A stretch of DNA of 64,000 bases from Synergistales bacterium (GTDB taxonomy: Bacteria > Synergistota > Synergistia > Synergistales > JAFGMB01). Numbering within the stretch: the stretch's first letter is position 1; each line of letters opens with the position of its first letter. Below, piece by piece: positions 9,288-19,478 of the stretch. The notes beneath the pieces were generated by a model, which searched no databases, was not told where the DNA came from, and saw only the letters and a list, made by a program, of their open reading frames with translations. A program made the translations under genes and the position numbers. The stretch is from the NCBI GenBank assembly GCA_963666205.1, contig OY762654.1:1120001-1184000 (forward strand), read 5' to 3'.

Positions 9288-10556
9288 CTATCTGCCCTCC
9301 CAGTAGCCGCTGACCGCTGACTTAAGACAGTCTTCCATGGATCCGTACCATACCCTGGCTCCGCTTCCCGGTTTTATATAATGGGCCTGTTTACCGGAAT
9401 CGAAGGCCATGGTAACCGCCCCTTCAGGCTTCTTTTCGCTTGTCAGGGGACAGCTGCTGGTCAGTACTATTCCTCCCGCATTTTCTATTGCCTGGGTATA
9501 TCCGCACCGGTCCGACGTTTCCTTTATGGGGGCTGCTGTCCATACATGGAGGATGGTGTCAGGATCTACCTGCCTCCCCTTCAGGAAATCCGCTGCCATC
9601 ATCATCTGTTCTATGGTGTAATGGGGACAGCCCATGCTTATGTAGTCCAGTTTCTCCCGGCCGCCCTCGTTAAGCATTCCCAGGGATTCCTCTATGTCTT
9701 TCTTCGTTATGGTTATGATCTCCTGTGGTTCAGTTCCTCCCAGGGCTTCTTCAAGAGTCTTCGCTTCGGGGGTTATGCCCACGATATGGCACATCTCGGG
9801 TCCTCCCGTGGTAGCCATGGAAGCATATGCTGACTTAAGCTTCGTCACATCGGGCCTCTGGAATCCCTTTCTGAGTACGGGAATGGAATGGGTGGGGGTC
9901 TTGCGCCCTATGGTATATCCGAGAAGGTCCCAGTCATAAACGGTCTCCGTCGGACATTCCACGTCGAAGATATGGGTTCCCTTACGATTGTTCATCAGAT
10001 GGAGTCCCCACAGGGGTGTCCTGCCGCATACAGCGGACCAGAATCCCGCCTCCAGACCATCCGCCTGTCCGCAAGCTCCCCAGAGAGAGTTCATCATCAG
10101 GACAGCGTGAGATTCACTGGTCACGTAGTGTTCTCCCATGAGGGGAATGAATCCAAGAAGATAGGGTACGCATGACCCTACAAGCTGGACTCCTGCATCC
10201 AGATAGCGTTTGAGGTAATTTACGTTATTTTCATGCTCTTTTTCGGATACTCCCATTTCCTTCCAGTTGAAGGGACACATGGGAGCAACATCGGACTGGG
10301 CATAGCATTCGATCTTGTCAAGAACCACTTTCTCAGAAGAACAGAAGTGCATCTCAGACATGACTTCATCTATATCATCGGAGTCCAGGGCATTCATATA
10401 GGGATGGGATCCGCAGAAAAGGTGAGCCTTGGTCACTACGCAGAGTTCATCCGCTCCAAGGACATGGGCATAACTGACCACATTCTCCATGGCCTTCTGT
10501 TTCAACAGGCCTTCAGAACCATCCAGCATTCGCTTTTCTCTATCAGTCAGGTTCAC
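9288..10556 (-). CDS. Aconitase X large (catalytic) subunit, DUF521
   Basis: LTDREKRMLDG start, SCVPY, SESHA, GRTPLWGLH, HIVGITPEA, GCPH, DSGK. Confidence 0.9.
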   Translation of the reverse strand: MNLTDREKRMLDGSEGLLKQKAMENVVSYAHVLGADELCVVTKAHLFCGSHPYMNALDSDDIDEVMSEMHFCSSEKVVLDKIECYAQSDVAPMCPFNWKEMGVSEKEHENNVNYLKRYLDAGVQLVGSCVPYLLGFIPLMGEHYVTSESHAVLMMNSLWGACGQADGLEAGFWSAVCGRTPLWGLHLMNNRKGTHIFDVECPTETVYDWDLLGYTIGRKTPTHSIPVLRKGFQRPDVTKLKSAYASMATTGGPEMCHIVGITPEAKTLEEALGGTEPQEIITITKKDIEESLGMLNEGGREKLDYISMGCPHYTIEQMMMAADFLKGRQVDPDTILHVWTAAPIKETSDRCGYTQAIENAGGIVLTSSCPLTSEKKPEGAVTMAFDSGKQAHYIKPGSGARVWYGSMEDCLKSAVSGYWEGR

Positions 10557-10648
10557 TTACCGTACCCTCCTTTAGTATTGGCTCCAGCTATCAAAAAAAG
10601 CCAACAGCAAATGTTTCATTTCGAAATACAGTTTTTATTCTGATTTAT

Positions 10649-11524
10649 TTAAAGCAGATCTGCCAATTCGATTTTTTCGAGGATATAGGCTCCATGCTCC
10701 TCAAGAAAATGATCATATTCTTTAAGCTTTGCCCGGGATTTGTTCTTATCCTTAAGGAATACCCCGATCAATAAAGAATGGATCAGCGCCATTACTGCCC
10801 CGTAAGGATCAATAAAGGACATGAATTTCTGCGGAACGAGAAATAGTATCGATGAAAATGCTGCTATTGGTGAAAGAACGGAATCGGTGATACCTATGAC
10901 CTTGATGTTTTTTTCTTTAAGGTAACTCATTACTTCCTGAGTCTGCTGAGGATATCTAGGGAAACTGAAGACCAGCGCCACCGAATTGGGAGAAAGTGCC
11001 TGGAGAGAATTGAAAGTCTCAGGATCAAAAGAAAGAATCCTTGTTACATTTTCCTTAAAAACATTGAGATAAATGCTGGCATATTCTGCAACGACCCTGT
11101 TGAACTGTGTACCTACAATAATGACATCTTCAGCGTTAAAGATGGAATCTACAGTATCGTTGAAAGAATCTTCACTGATACCTTCAAGCATCTCCTCCAT
11201 AATCGTCTTTTCAAGGGAAATGACTTTGCTGAAAAGGGAATGGCTGTTTTCAAGAGGATATTTCTCCATAGAATGTATTTCCTGGTATAAAAGTTCCTGG
11301 ATGGCAGACTGAAGCTCGGAATAGCCCGGATAACCAAGGGAATAGGCCAGACGGGTGACCGTAGCTTCACTGACACCGGCATTCATTGCCAGAGTAGTGG
11401 AAGATACAAAGGCAATATCTTTAGAATTCTCCGCAATATATTTAGCCAGGGTCCTCTGCTTGGGACTCAATGTAGGAGCGACTTCCCGTATTCTCTCTAA
11501 AACAGATACTTTCTTGTATCCCAT
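10649..11524 (-). CDS. RpiR/MurR family transcriptional regulator
   Basis: HTH VSEATVTRLAYSLGYPGY plus SIS domain (SFPRY, IGITDSVLSP); ATG 11524 behind GAAGGAG. Confidence 0.93.
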   Translation of the reverse strand: MGYKKVSVLERIREVAPTLSPKQRTLAKYIAENSKDIAFVSSTTLAMNAGVSEATVTRLAYSLGYPGYSELQSAIQELLYQEIHSMEKYPLENSHSLFSKVISLEKTIMEEMLEGISEDSFNDTVDSIFNAEDVIIVGTQFNRVVAEYASIYLNVFKENVTRILSFDPETFNSLQALSPNSVALVFSFPRYPQQTQEVMSYLKEKNIKVIGITDSVLSPIAAFSSILFLVPQKFMSFIDPYGAVMALIHSLLIGVFLKDKNKSRAKLKEYDHFLEEHGAYILEKIELADLL

Positions 11525-11553
11525 CTGAAAAATCTCCTTCATCCTAGATTTTT

Positions 11554-11601
11554 GATGAAGAACTTTCTACAAAGAGTAGATGACCTTCATCTTTTTGTCA
11601 A
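11554..11601 (-). promoter_or_regulatory. Sigma70-type promoter of rpiR with overlapping imperfect palindrome
   Basis: TTGACA (11601-11596)-17 bp-TACTCT (11578-11573); inverted repeat gatgaag..tctac-aaaga-gtaga..cttcatc at 11554-11591. Confidence 0.6.
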
Positions 11602-11660
11602 GTCTGTATACTTCATACCTGAAACCCTTTTGCCTCAATCTGCCTCCTCACAATTTAACA

Positions 11661-11694
11661 AGAATGAGGCAGGACTCAAGTCCTGCCTCATTCT
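11661..11694. terminator. Terminator-like hairpin
   Basis: agaatgaggcaggact-ca-agtcctgcctcattct. Confidence 0.75.
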
Positions 11695-11720
11695 GTAACC
11701 AAATGTTTTTCACGATCTTT

Positions 11721-12521
11721 TTATTTGACTAATCTGTCACCAAGCCGGACAAAAGTGAATCCCCTTTCTATCAATAAGGGTACTGCATCAATTATTCCTT
11801 CTGCCGTATCTCCTTCGGGATGGTTCATATGACATAGTATGATATCTCCAGCCTGGGAACTGAGAAGAGCTTCCTTAACCTTCTCCCGGCTGAAAGTCGC
11901 TCCGGCATCTCCAAGAACTGAATATCCGGCAATGATGTAACCAAGATCCACGGCTATCTGGACGGCAACTTCGTCATAGTATGCTGTACCGGAACGGAAA
12001 AAGGAAGGCTTGATCCCTGTAAGATCCTGTATCTTTAACCCGTTCAGCTCTATCTCGCCGACCAGCTCGGCTATGTCGGCAGTCCCTGCTATGCCATAGA
12101 CGGACCTGCCGTTAACCGAACATGGTTTATGAAGTAATCCGTGGTTGCCTATCTCAAAAAGGGGATCACTCGCTAGGTCCATAAACAGGTCGGGATTGGC
12201 ATCTATCCATCTTGCATTTATAAAAAGGGTGGCCGGTATATTCTCCTGCCTCAGGAACCTGACAAGCTCTTTGTCGCAACCACTCCCCCGCTTCGAGCCA
12301 CAGGCATCCAGGGTGAGGGCTATCTCTTTACTATCTGTTTCAAAACGGGATACTATGCCGTCCAGCTCCTCTCCCCACTGGGCTGGAACGCATTTCCCGT
12401 ACCTGACTTCCATTTCCGTTATCATGGATCCCAGGTCAGCTGCTGCAGAAAAAGGTGTTGAACATAGCATATAGAATAAGGTAATCGAAATGACGGTAAA
12501 TATATTTTTCAAGTAAACCAT
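11721..12521 (-). CDS. Secreted polysaccharide deacetylase family protein (CE4/NodB fold)
   Basis: Signal peptide; IALTLDAC, ATLF, IGNHGLLH, FFRSG and IILCHM motifs. Confidence 0.85.
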   Translation of the reverse strand: MVYLKNIFTVISITLFYMLCSTPFSAAADLGSMITEMEVRYGKCVPAQWGEELDGIVSRFETDSKEIALTLDACGSKRGSGCDKELVRFLRQENIPATLFINARWIDANPDLFMDLASDPLFEIGNHGLLHKPCSVNGRSVYGIAGTADIAELVGEIELNGLKIQDLTGIKPSFFRSGTAYYDEVAVQIAVDLGYIIAGYSVLGDAGATFSREKVKEALLSSQAGDIILCHMNHPEGDTAEGIIDAVPLLIERGFTFVRLGDRLVK

Positions 12522-12541
12522 CCTTTACCTGGAATTTGTTA

Positions 12542-13915
12542 TCAGATAAACAGACGCAGAACGCTCCTCCATAGAACAGATATCCTGCCATAAGGGGGAT
12601 AAAGGAACCTGTTGTCAAAGGAAAAGGGTTTCCTTAATACGCTTTTGAAATGCGAGAAAGAATCAAAGCTGGCCTTGCCATGGTATGAACCCATACCCGA
12701 ATCTCCAACTCCCCCAAAGGGTAAACCTCCGGGAGCAAGGTGGATCAGAGTATGATTAACACAGACCCCTCCGGAAGAAGTATGTCTCAGGATCTTTTCT
12801 TTTACGTACTCGTAACCGGAAAATACGTAAAGGGCAAGGGGTTTGGGTCTATCATTTATCTGTTTTATAACCTCATCCAGGGTTTCAAATCCCAGGACCG
12901 GAAGGATGGGGCCAAATATCTCTTCCTCCATAATTTTCGAATCCCAGGTTACATTGTCGATTATTGTGGGTGCAATATACAGTTCTTCCTTTATGTACTC
13001 CCCGCCGGCAACGATATCCCCCTTTATCAGGGAAACAAGCCTTCTGAAGTGCTTTTCGCTTATGATCCTGCTGTAATCAATGGAAAGCCTGGGTTCCTTT
13101 CCGTAAAAATCTTCCAGCTGTTTTTTCATCATTTTTATAAACTCGGCCTTTATGCTCTCATGAACAAGCACATAGTCAGGAGCGACACATGTCTGGCCTG
13201 CATTCATGAATTTTCCCCAGACTATCCTCCTGGCGGATATTTCCAGATCTGCTGAAGCATCCACAATACATGGGCTTTTTCCCCCAAGTTCAAGGATAAC
13301 AGGGGTCAGGTGTCTGGCGGCAGATCTCATAACTATCCTGCCAACTCTTGTACTTCCAGTATAAAAGATAAGATCGAATTTCTGCTCCAGAATAGAACTC
13401 ATATCCTTTGAGGATATCCGCAGAAGGGAAACGTGCTCTGGCGGAAACACTTCTCCGATAATCTCCTCCAGCAGGATGGCCGTATTCTGCGAAAGGCTGG
13501 AGGGCTTTATGAATGCACAGTTTCCGGCTGCTATTGCCCCGACAAGCGGCGATATTACAAGCTGGAAGGGGTAATTCCAGGGGGAAACTATAAGTACAAC
13601 TCCAAGGGGTTCAGGATATATCTTTGCAGATGCCGGAAGATATACGGGGGGCACATTGACCCTTCTGGGCTTAGCCCACCTTTCAAGGTTCCGGAGGGTA
13701 TGATCTATTTCATTGAGGCAAAAGGCTACCTCACTGGAAAAAGCTTCCATGGTTCCCTTGCCAAGATCCATGGAGAGAGCTTCATAAATCTCATTCTCCC
13801 GGCTGAGAATGACTTCTTTCAATTTCTTTAAGCGGGATTTACGTAAGGAGACAGATCCAGTCTCTCCAGAATTGAAATATGCCCTCTGCATCTCCAGGAT
13901 ATTGGCGATATCCAT
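12542..13915 (-). CDS. Aldehyde dehydrogenase (ALDH3-like)
   Basis: PWNYP, YTGS, LELGGKSP, GQTCVAPD, EEIFGP, PFGGVGDSG. Confidence 0.95.
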   Translation of the reverse strand: MDIANILEMQRAYFNSGETGSVSLRKSRLKKLKEVILSRENEIYEALSMDLGKGTMEAFSSEVAFCLNEIDHTLRNLERWAKPRRVNVPPVYLPASAKIYPEPLGVVLIVSPWNYPFQLVISPLVGAIAAGNCAFIKPSSLSQNTAILLEEIIGEVFPPEHVSLLRISSKDMSSILEQKFDLIFYTGSTRVGRIVMRSAARHLTPVILELGGKSPCIVDASADLEISARRIVWGKFMNAGQTCVAPDYVLVHESIKAEFIKMMKKQLEDFYGKEPRLSIDYSRIISEKHFRRLVSLIKGDIVAGGEYIKEELYIAPTIIDNVTWDSKIMEEEIFGPILPVLGFETLDEVIKQINDRPKPLALYVFSGYEYVKEKILRHTSSGGVCVNHTLIHLAPGGLPFGGVGDSGMGSYHGKASFDSFSHFKSVLRKPFSFDNRFLYPPYGRISVLWRSVLRLFI

Positions 13916-14033
13916 GAATTCTCCCTCCAGAATTATCAAGATATACCAGTCTTTTCATCACACTAAGACGGTACATACATTGTACATCATAACCTGTGTT
14001 GGTTCTCCATAAAATCTCTACTATTTCTTTGCT

Positions 14034-14978
14034 TTAAAAAAGAAAGCCCTGGGTACCAATATAATGCCGGCCTTCCAATCTCTGACTGCCTGGGGGTGGA
14101 AGAAGAAATTCTCCGTCGGGATCATGGGAACGAAAATTCTTCAGTGCAGTCACCCCGCTCTTCACTGCATAGCAGTAAAGACAGCCATGGATACATGTTT
14201 CATATTCTCCCACATCCCTTGCAGCATAACAGCCGCAGGAAGAACCTGGCCGATGAGATCTTTCCGGAGGAAGTGGAAGAATTTTTCCAGCAACATCAGA
14301 CAGACGAAAAGGATCTATACAGCAGGCATCTGCCACTCCCTCTGAGAGAAGATCCCTCTGCCCGCACAGAGAAAGGGACATACCACAGGAACGGGCAATA
14401 TCAGCCAGACGGGAAGCAAAGGATATTTTCATGGCGTCAGGAGGATCATAAAACCTTATCCCTTCTTCACCTGAGAGTCTGTTCATCTTCTCAATGGTTT
14501 TCCTGTAAAAACTGGTGAAAGATACTATAACTTCCGATGTAAGTCCTTCAAGGGAACGGGAAATTCGGGAAAAGTTTCTGATATGAAAATCTTCATCCGA
14601 AAGAGAAGAAAAGAGTATGGGGTCGTAGCGCCATACAACTGAATGAGGGCCATATTTTCGTGATATCTTCTCAAAAACAACCACACTATCCTCCCAGCGG
14701 GGAACGTGTTTATCCAGGATTTCAGGATAGCCGGTGATGGTAAATTGCAGATAAAAGGGATAACCCATGTTTCTAACAGAATCAAAACCCTCAAGAAAAG
14801 ACAGGGGGTTCCTTGTCCAGAATACGATACCTTCAACCCTCTCTTTTGACAGGTTGATCAGGGAAACCCTCCGGTTATACGGATTAACCCTTTTACAGTA
14901 GCCCTCCCGAAGCCTGTTAAGAAACCATTTTCCGTAAAAGGCAGGTATATCAGTCCGATAGCTGGCAGAAATGATCAA
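14034..14978 (-). CDS. DUF1848 family protein
   Basis: MIISASYRTDIPAFY start, WRYDPI, C-terminal CIHGCLYCYA. Confidence 0.9.
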   Translation of the reverse strand: MIISASYRTDIPAFYGKWFLNRLREGYCKRVNPYNRRVSLINLSKERVEGIVFWTRNPLSFLEGFDSVRNMGYPFYLQFTITGYPEILDKHVPRWEDSVVVFEKISRKYGPHSVVWRYDPILFSSLSDEDFHIRNFSRISRSLEGLTSEVIVSFTSFYRKTIEKMNRLSGEEGIRFYDPPDAMKISFASRLADIARSCGMSLSLCGQRDLLSEGVADACCIDPFRLSDVAGKILPLPPERSHRPGSSCGCYAARDVGEYETCIHGCLYCYAVKSGVTALKNFRSHDPDGEFLLPPPGSQRLEGRHYIGTQGFLF

Positions 14979-15006
14979 AAGGATCCTTCCCCTTTCTGCA
15001 AAGAAC

Positions 15007-16656
15007 CTACTCTACTGTTCTTGCCGCAATGGGAATACGCCTCCCCATACCGAAGGCCTTGGAGGTGACCTTGAGCCCTGGCGCTGCCTGTTTACGTTTA
15101 TATTCAGATCTCGAAATTGCCCTTATCACCCATAATACTGTTTCTTTTTCGAAACCTTTTTCAACAATCTGCGACAGGGAACAGTTCTCCTCTATATAAA
15201 GGTGGATTATTTCATCCAGTACAGGATAGGGAGGAAGGGTGTCACTATCCTTCTGATCCGGTCTTAATTCTGCTGAAGGAACCTTCTCGATTATTTCAAC
15301 GGGGATGATCCCGGAAGAGGTGTTGATGAACCGGGCCAGGTCATAGACCATGGTCTTCGGTACATCAGCAAGAACGGAAAGACCTCCGCTCATATCTCCG
15401 TAGAGGGTGCAATAACCGACGGACATCTCGCTCTTGTTACCTGTTGAAAGGACAAGGGATCCTGTAGCATTGGATATAGCCATAAGGATATTACCCCTTA
15501 TCCGCGCCTGTATATTCTCCTGAGCAAGGGCTCTGCCTCGTCCCTCCAGATCCCTGTCAAGGGTTGCAAGCGTTGAGTTGAATATGTCCGTGATCGGTAT
15601 CACTTTGAAGTCCATACCAAGATTCTTCGAAAGGGTGCGGGAATCTTCCACACTCCCCAATGAAGAATAGGGAGACGGCATGGAGATACCGAGAACATTG
15701 TCCGCCCCCAGGGCCTGGACCGCCAGAGCGCAGGTAAGGGCAGAATCGATCCCGCCGGAAAGTCCCACTACGACCTTTGAAAACCCGCATTTAGAGAGAT
15801 AATCCTTTATTCCCAGAACAAGCGCATGATAAACGTTCCGGATTTCGTTGATGACGGGGAATACTTCTGTACTGCCTGATGAACGGGTGTCAACAGTGAC
15901 CAGTCCTTCCTCAAAGGAAGGGAGTACTGCCAGGGGATCTCCCTTGCCATCGAGCACCATGCTGGTACCGTCAAATACCAGTTCATCATTTCCTCCGACC
16001 TGGTTCACATATATAAAGGGAAGGCCGTTTCTCCTTACATGTCCCCTGAGGAGGTCATACCTGGCCCGGATCTTTCCCACAGAAAATGGAGATGCCGATA
16101 TATTCACCATGAGTGTAGCTCCCTTATCGGCGAGTTCCTGTACGGGATCCCTTTCATACATCTCTCCGTCGGGCCAGAAAAGGGGGTCATTCCATGCATC
16201 TTCACATATGGATATTCCAAGGATCTCACCCCTGAAAGAGAGTGTAGTTACTTCCGGGAAGGGACTGAAATAACGGGCTTCGTCAAAAACATCATAGGTG
16301 GGGAGAAGGCTTTTACCTGCATGAACAAGAATATTGCCCTTTTCAAAAAGAACAGCAGAATTGAACAGCTTCTTTCCCACCATACTCCCTGTGGGAAAGG
16401 GACATCCCAGGAGGATCCCCAGATCATCCCTGGAGCGAGAGATGGCCTTTATCTCCTCCATACCCCGGTTTACAGCAGCCATGAACCAATTTTTTTCAAG
16501 AAGGTCCATTGGCGGATATCCCGTCAGGAACAGTTCTGAGAATATAACCAGATCGGTACTCTGCCGTGGTAGTGTTTCGATAGTTCTGCGAAGTTTTTCC
16601 ACGTTTCCTTCAATATCCCCTACTTTGGGATCAGCCTGCACAATGGTTACACGCAT
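15007..16656 (-). CDS. nadE: Glutamine-dependent NAD+ synthetase
   Basis: N-terminal nitrilase-type domain (ICEDAW) fused to SGGIDS, ENIQARIRG, TGNKSE, PSAEL. Confidence 0.95.
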   Translation of the reverse strand: MRVTIVQADPKVGDIEGNVEKLRRTIETLPRQSTDLVIFSELFLTGYPPMDLLEKNWFMAAVNRGMEEIKAISRSRDDLGILLGCPFPTGSMVGKKLFNSAVLFEKGNILVHAGKSLLPTYDVFDEARYFSPFPEVTTLSFRGEILGISICEDAWNDPLFWPDGEMYERDPVQELADKGATLMVNISASPFSVGKIRARYDLLRGHVRRNGLPFIYVNQVGGNDELVFDGTSMVLDGKGDPLAVLPSFEEGLVTVDTRSSGSTEVFPVINEIRNVYHALVLGIKDYLSKCGFSKVVVGLSGGIDSALTCALAVQALGADNVLGISMPSPYSSLGSVEDSRTLSKNLGMDFKVIPITDIFNSTLATLDRDLEGRGRALAQENIQARIRGNILMAISNATGSLVLSTGNKSEMSVGYCTLYGDMSGGLSVLADVPKTMVYDLARFINTSSGIIPVEIIEKVPSAELRPDQKDSDTLPPYPVLDEIIHLYIEENCSLSQIVEKGFEKETVLWVIRAISRSEYKRKQAAPGLKVTSKAFGMGRRIPIAARTVE

Positions 16657-16926
16657 CTGGCCTCCCTCCTTTCCAACTATCTGAACTTGAATAAACCAAT
16701 ATTATGCCCTATTTCTCCTCACTTTAACAATATATAACAATATCTTGATTCTTTGTATTTTTTGAAATATAATGCATTAGACTAACACTACATTGTATTA
16801 GATAGTATTTATACTGAATTCCTTCCAGGTCTATGGTTGCCATGACTACCTAATATTTCCCCATTTACTGTTTCCCCGGATATGTTCCTCAATTTTTAAA
16901 TGGAGTCATATTGAAGGAAAGGAGAG

Positions 16927-17337
16927 TTGAAAATGGAAGATATTTCGCGCATCGAGGGTATTGGGGAAAACGACAGTTATAAACTCAGACAAATGGGAAT
17001 AAGAACCGTGGAAGCTTTGCTCGAAAAAACAGCTACTGTTAAAGACCGCAGATCTTTAGCCAAAGAAATGGGCATCCCCGAAACTACTGTCCTGAAATGG
17101 GCCAATCAGGCTGACCTTCACAGGATCAAGGGCATAGGCAAAGAATATGGTGAACTGCTCGAAGCAGCGGGAGTAGATACAGTTGTTGAACTTTCCAGAA
17201 GAAAACCGGATAATCTGTATTTCAAGATCCTGGAAGTCAATGCAAGGAAAAGACTCGTCCGAAGAACTCCGCCTCAGAACGCAGTCCGCAGATGGGTCGA
17301 AAGCGCCCGGGAAATGTCCCGTACCATCTATCATTAA
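16927..17337 (+). CDS. DUF4332 family helix-hairpin-helix protein
   Basis: IEGIG and ADLHRIKGIG...LLEAAGVDTVVEL. Confidence 0.85.
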   Translation: MKMEDISRIEGIGENDSYKLRQMGIRTVEALLEKTATVKDRRSLAKEMGIPETTVLKWANQADLHRIKGIGKEYGELLEAAGVDTVVELSRRKPDNLYFKILEVNARKRLVRRTPPQNAVRRWVESAREMSRTIYH

Positions 17338-17366
17338 TGGACTCGGGAGAAGAATAGATCGAAGGG

Positions 17367-17402
17367 AAGAGGTCCGTCTCTTATGAGGCGGTCCTCTTTT
17401 GT
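17367..17402 (+). terminator. Intrinsic terminator
   Basis: aagaggtccgtctc-ttat-gaggcggtcctctt stem followed by T run. Confidence 0.7.
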
Positions 17403-17510
17403 TTATGGATCTTCGGCAGACTCCACATGGCTATCAGGGAAGGATCCATCCTATTTATCATATACAGGAATTGATAGTAAAATGCTTTCCATGGAAGGAA
17501 TGATGACTAT

Positions 17511-18098
17511 ATGATACTTAACATTCACGGAATTCTGGATCAGGGAAATAACCGTACAGCAAGATTTCTTGAACACCTTTTTCCCTGTGAAGATATCCTG
17601 TCCCCTGATCTGCCTCTTGAGCCGGTAAAAGTAGTGGAGGAACTGGACGAACAGATCCATCGATACGGGAAAACGCCTTTAATGATAGTGGGTGAAAGCC
17701 TTGGAGGGTTCTATGCCTACATCATGTGCGCCATACTCAATGTTCCTGCCGTATTTCTCAATCCTGCTATAGTCCCATTCATCACCAGTACAGACCTTAT
17801 AGGTCCGGTCAGGAACAAGTTTACAGGAGAAAAGGGAGAATGGAAGTTCCAGTATGTTCTGCAATTGAAGAAACTTTTCTGTGAACATGCATGGAAGGCC
17901 GACCCACGTAATCTGAATGTTTTTGTCTGTCTTGACGACAGGAGACTTGACCATAACCTTCTTACACGAAAGTTCTTTGTTGATTTCAGTAAATTCATTT
18001 CCTTTGAAGAGGGAGGGCATCGTTTTGATAACCTCGAAAGGATCTCAGACACCCTCTCAGTGATAATGTCAGAAACAGAAAAGGGAAGAAATCGCTGA
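17511..18098 (+). CDS. YqiA/YcfP family alpha/beta hydrolase
   Basis: IHG, GESLGG nucleophile elbow, NPA, GGHRF. Confidence 0.85.
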   Translation: MILNIHGILDQGNNRTARFLEHLFPCEDILSPDLPLEPVKVVEELDEQIHRYGKTPLMIVGESLGGFYAYIMCAILNVPAVFLNPAIVPFITSTDLIGPVRNKFTGEKGEWKFQYVLQLKKLFCEHAWKADPRNLNVFVCLDDRRLDHNLLTRKFFVDFSKFISFEEGGHRFDNLERISDTLSVIMSETEKGRNR

Positions 18099-19478
18099 TC
18101 ACCACTTTTTCCTGTCTATATACTTGCGTATTTCATCCATGGTGACCCGGGTAAGTTCGGCCCTCGGGAGCATACCCAGAAGCTGCCAGGCAATATCCAG
18201 GGATTCTCCTATCTCCCGGTCTTCTTCTTTTCCCTGCATAAGGAACTTCTTTTCAAAGGCTTCACCAAAGGCAAGATAGGCCTTGTCCGTTTTGCTCAAC
18301 TCATCTTCACCCACAACACTTGCCAGGGATCGAACTTCCTGGACACGGCTGTAGGATGCAAAGATCTGACTGGAAAGATCTGGATGGTCCTCCCGGGTAT
18401 AACCTTTCCCTATCCCGTCCTTCATCAGCCTGGAAAGGCTTGTTAGAGACTCTACGGGAGGATAGACCCCCTTGTTGTAAAGTTCCCTTGAGAGAACTAC
18501 CTGTCCTTCTGTTATGAAACCGGTCAGATCAGGTATGGGATGGGTTATATCATCGTTCGGCATGGTCAGAATGGGGAGCTGAGTAAGGCTCCCCTTAACA
18601 CCCTTTATCACTCCTGCCCTTTCGTAGAGAGATGCAAGATCACTGTAGAGATAGGCCGGATATCCCTTTCTGCTGGGCACTTCTCCCCTGGCCACACTCA
18701 GCTCTCTCAAAGCTTCGCAGTAACTTGTCATATCTGTCATTATCACAAGAACATGCATCCCCAGATCAAAGGCAAGATATTCAGCTGCAGTAAGGGCAAA
18801 GCGGGGAGTGGCAAGCCGTTCTATAACCGGATCATCGGCAAGGTTCAGGAACATTACTATATTTCCCGTCTGGCCTTTTCGGGTCAGCTCATTGGAAAAA
18901 AATGCAGCATCGTCATGTTTTATCCCTATTCCTGCAAAGACAACCGCAAAATTCTCTTCTCCTACAAGTCGGGATTGGGTGGCTATCTGTACCGCAAGCT
19001 GATTATGAGGCAGCCCGTTCCCGGAGAAAATAGGAAGCTTCTGTCCCCTTATAAGGGTAGTCAGGACATCAGTCACGGAAATACCTGTATGGATGAAGTC
19101 CCTGGGATAAAGCCTTGCCATGGGATTGATGGCTGAACCGTTCACATTCTTTTTTATACCGCCGAATATCCTTCCGCATCCATCCCTCGCTTCACCAAGT
19201 CCATTGAAGGATCTTCCAAGAATGGATGGAGAAAGGGCTATTTCCAGGCCCTTTCCAAGAAATCTTACTCTTGTCGAATTCGGGACCAGATCATTTGTAC
19301 CGGAAAAGACCTGAACAAGGGTGGACTTCTCATCCACAAGGACCACCCTGCCCTTACGGATCCTTCCTGTCTGATCCACCACATCTACTATCTCGTCATA
19401 ACCTACCTCTGCTATGCCTCCAAGGAGGATGAATGGCCCTGTTATCTCCTCAAGCCCGATATATTCAGTTAACGCCAC
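18099..19478 (-). CDS. V/A-type ATP synthase subunit B
   Basis: [36 protein letters not shown]. Confidence 0.97.
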   Translation of the reverse strand: MALTEYIGLEEITGPFILLGGIAEVGYDEIVDVVDQTGRIRKGRVVLVDEKSTLVQVFSGTNDLVPNSTRVRFLGKGLEIALSPSILGRSFNGLGEARDGCGRIFGGIKKNVNGSAINPMARLYPRDFIHTGISVTDVLTTLIRGQKLPIFSGNGLPHNQLAVQIATQSRLVGEENFAVVFAGIGIKHDDAAFFSNELTRKGQTGNIVMFLNLADDPVIERLATPRFALTAAEYLAFDLGMHVLVIMTDMTSYCEALRELSVARGEVPSRKGYPAYLYSDLASLYERAGVIKGVKGSLTQLPILTMPNDDITHPIPDLTGFITEGQVVLSRELYNKGVYPPVESLTSLSRLMKDGIGKGYTREDHPDLSSQIFASYSRVQEVRSLASVVGEDELSKTDKAYLAFGEAFEKKFLMQGKEEDREIGESLDIAWQLLGMLPRAELTRVTMDEIRKYIDRKKW

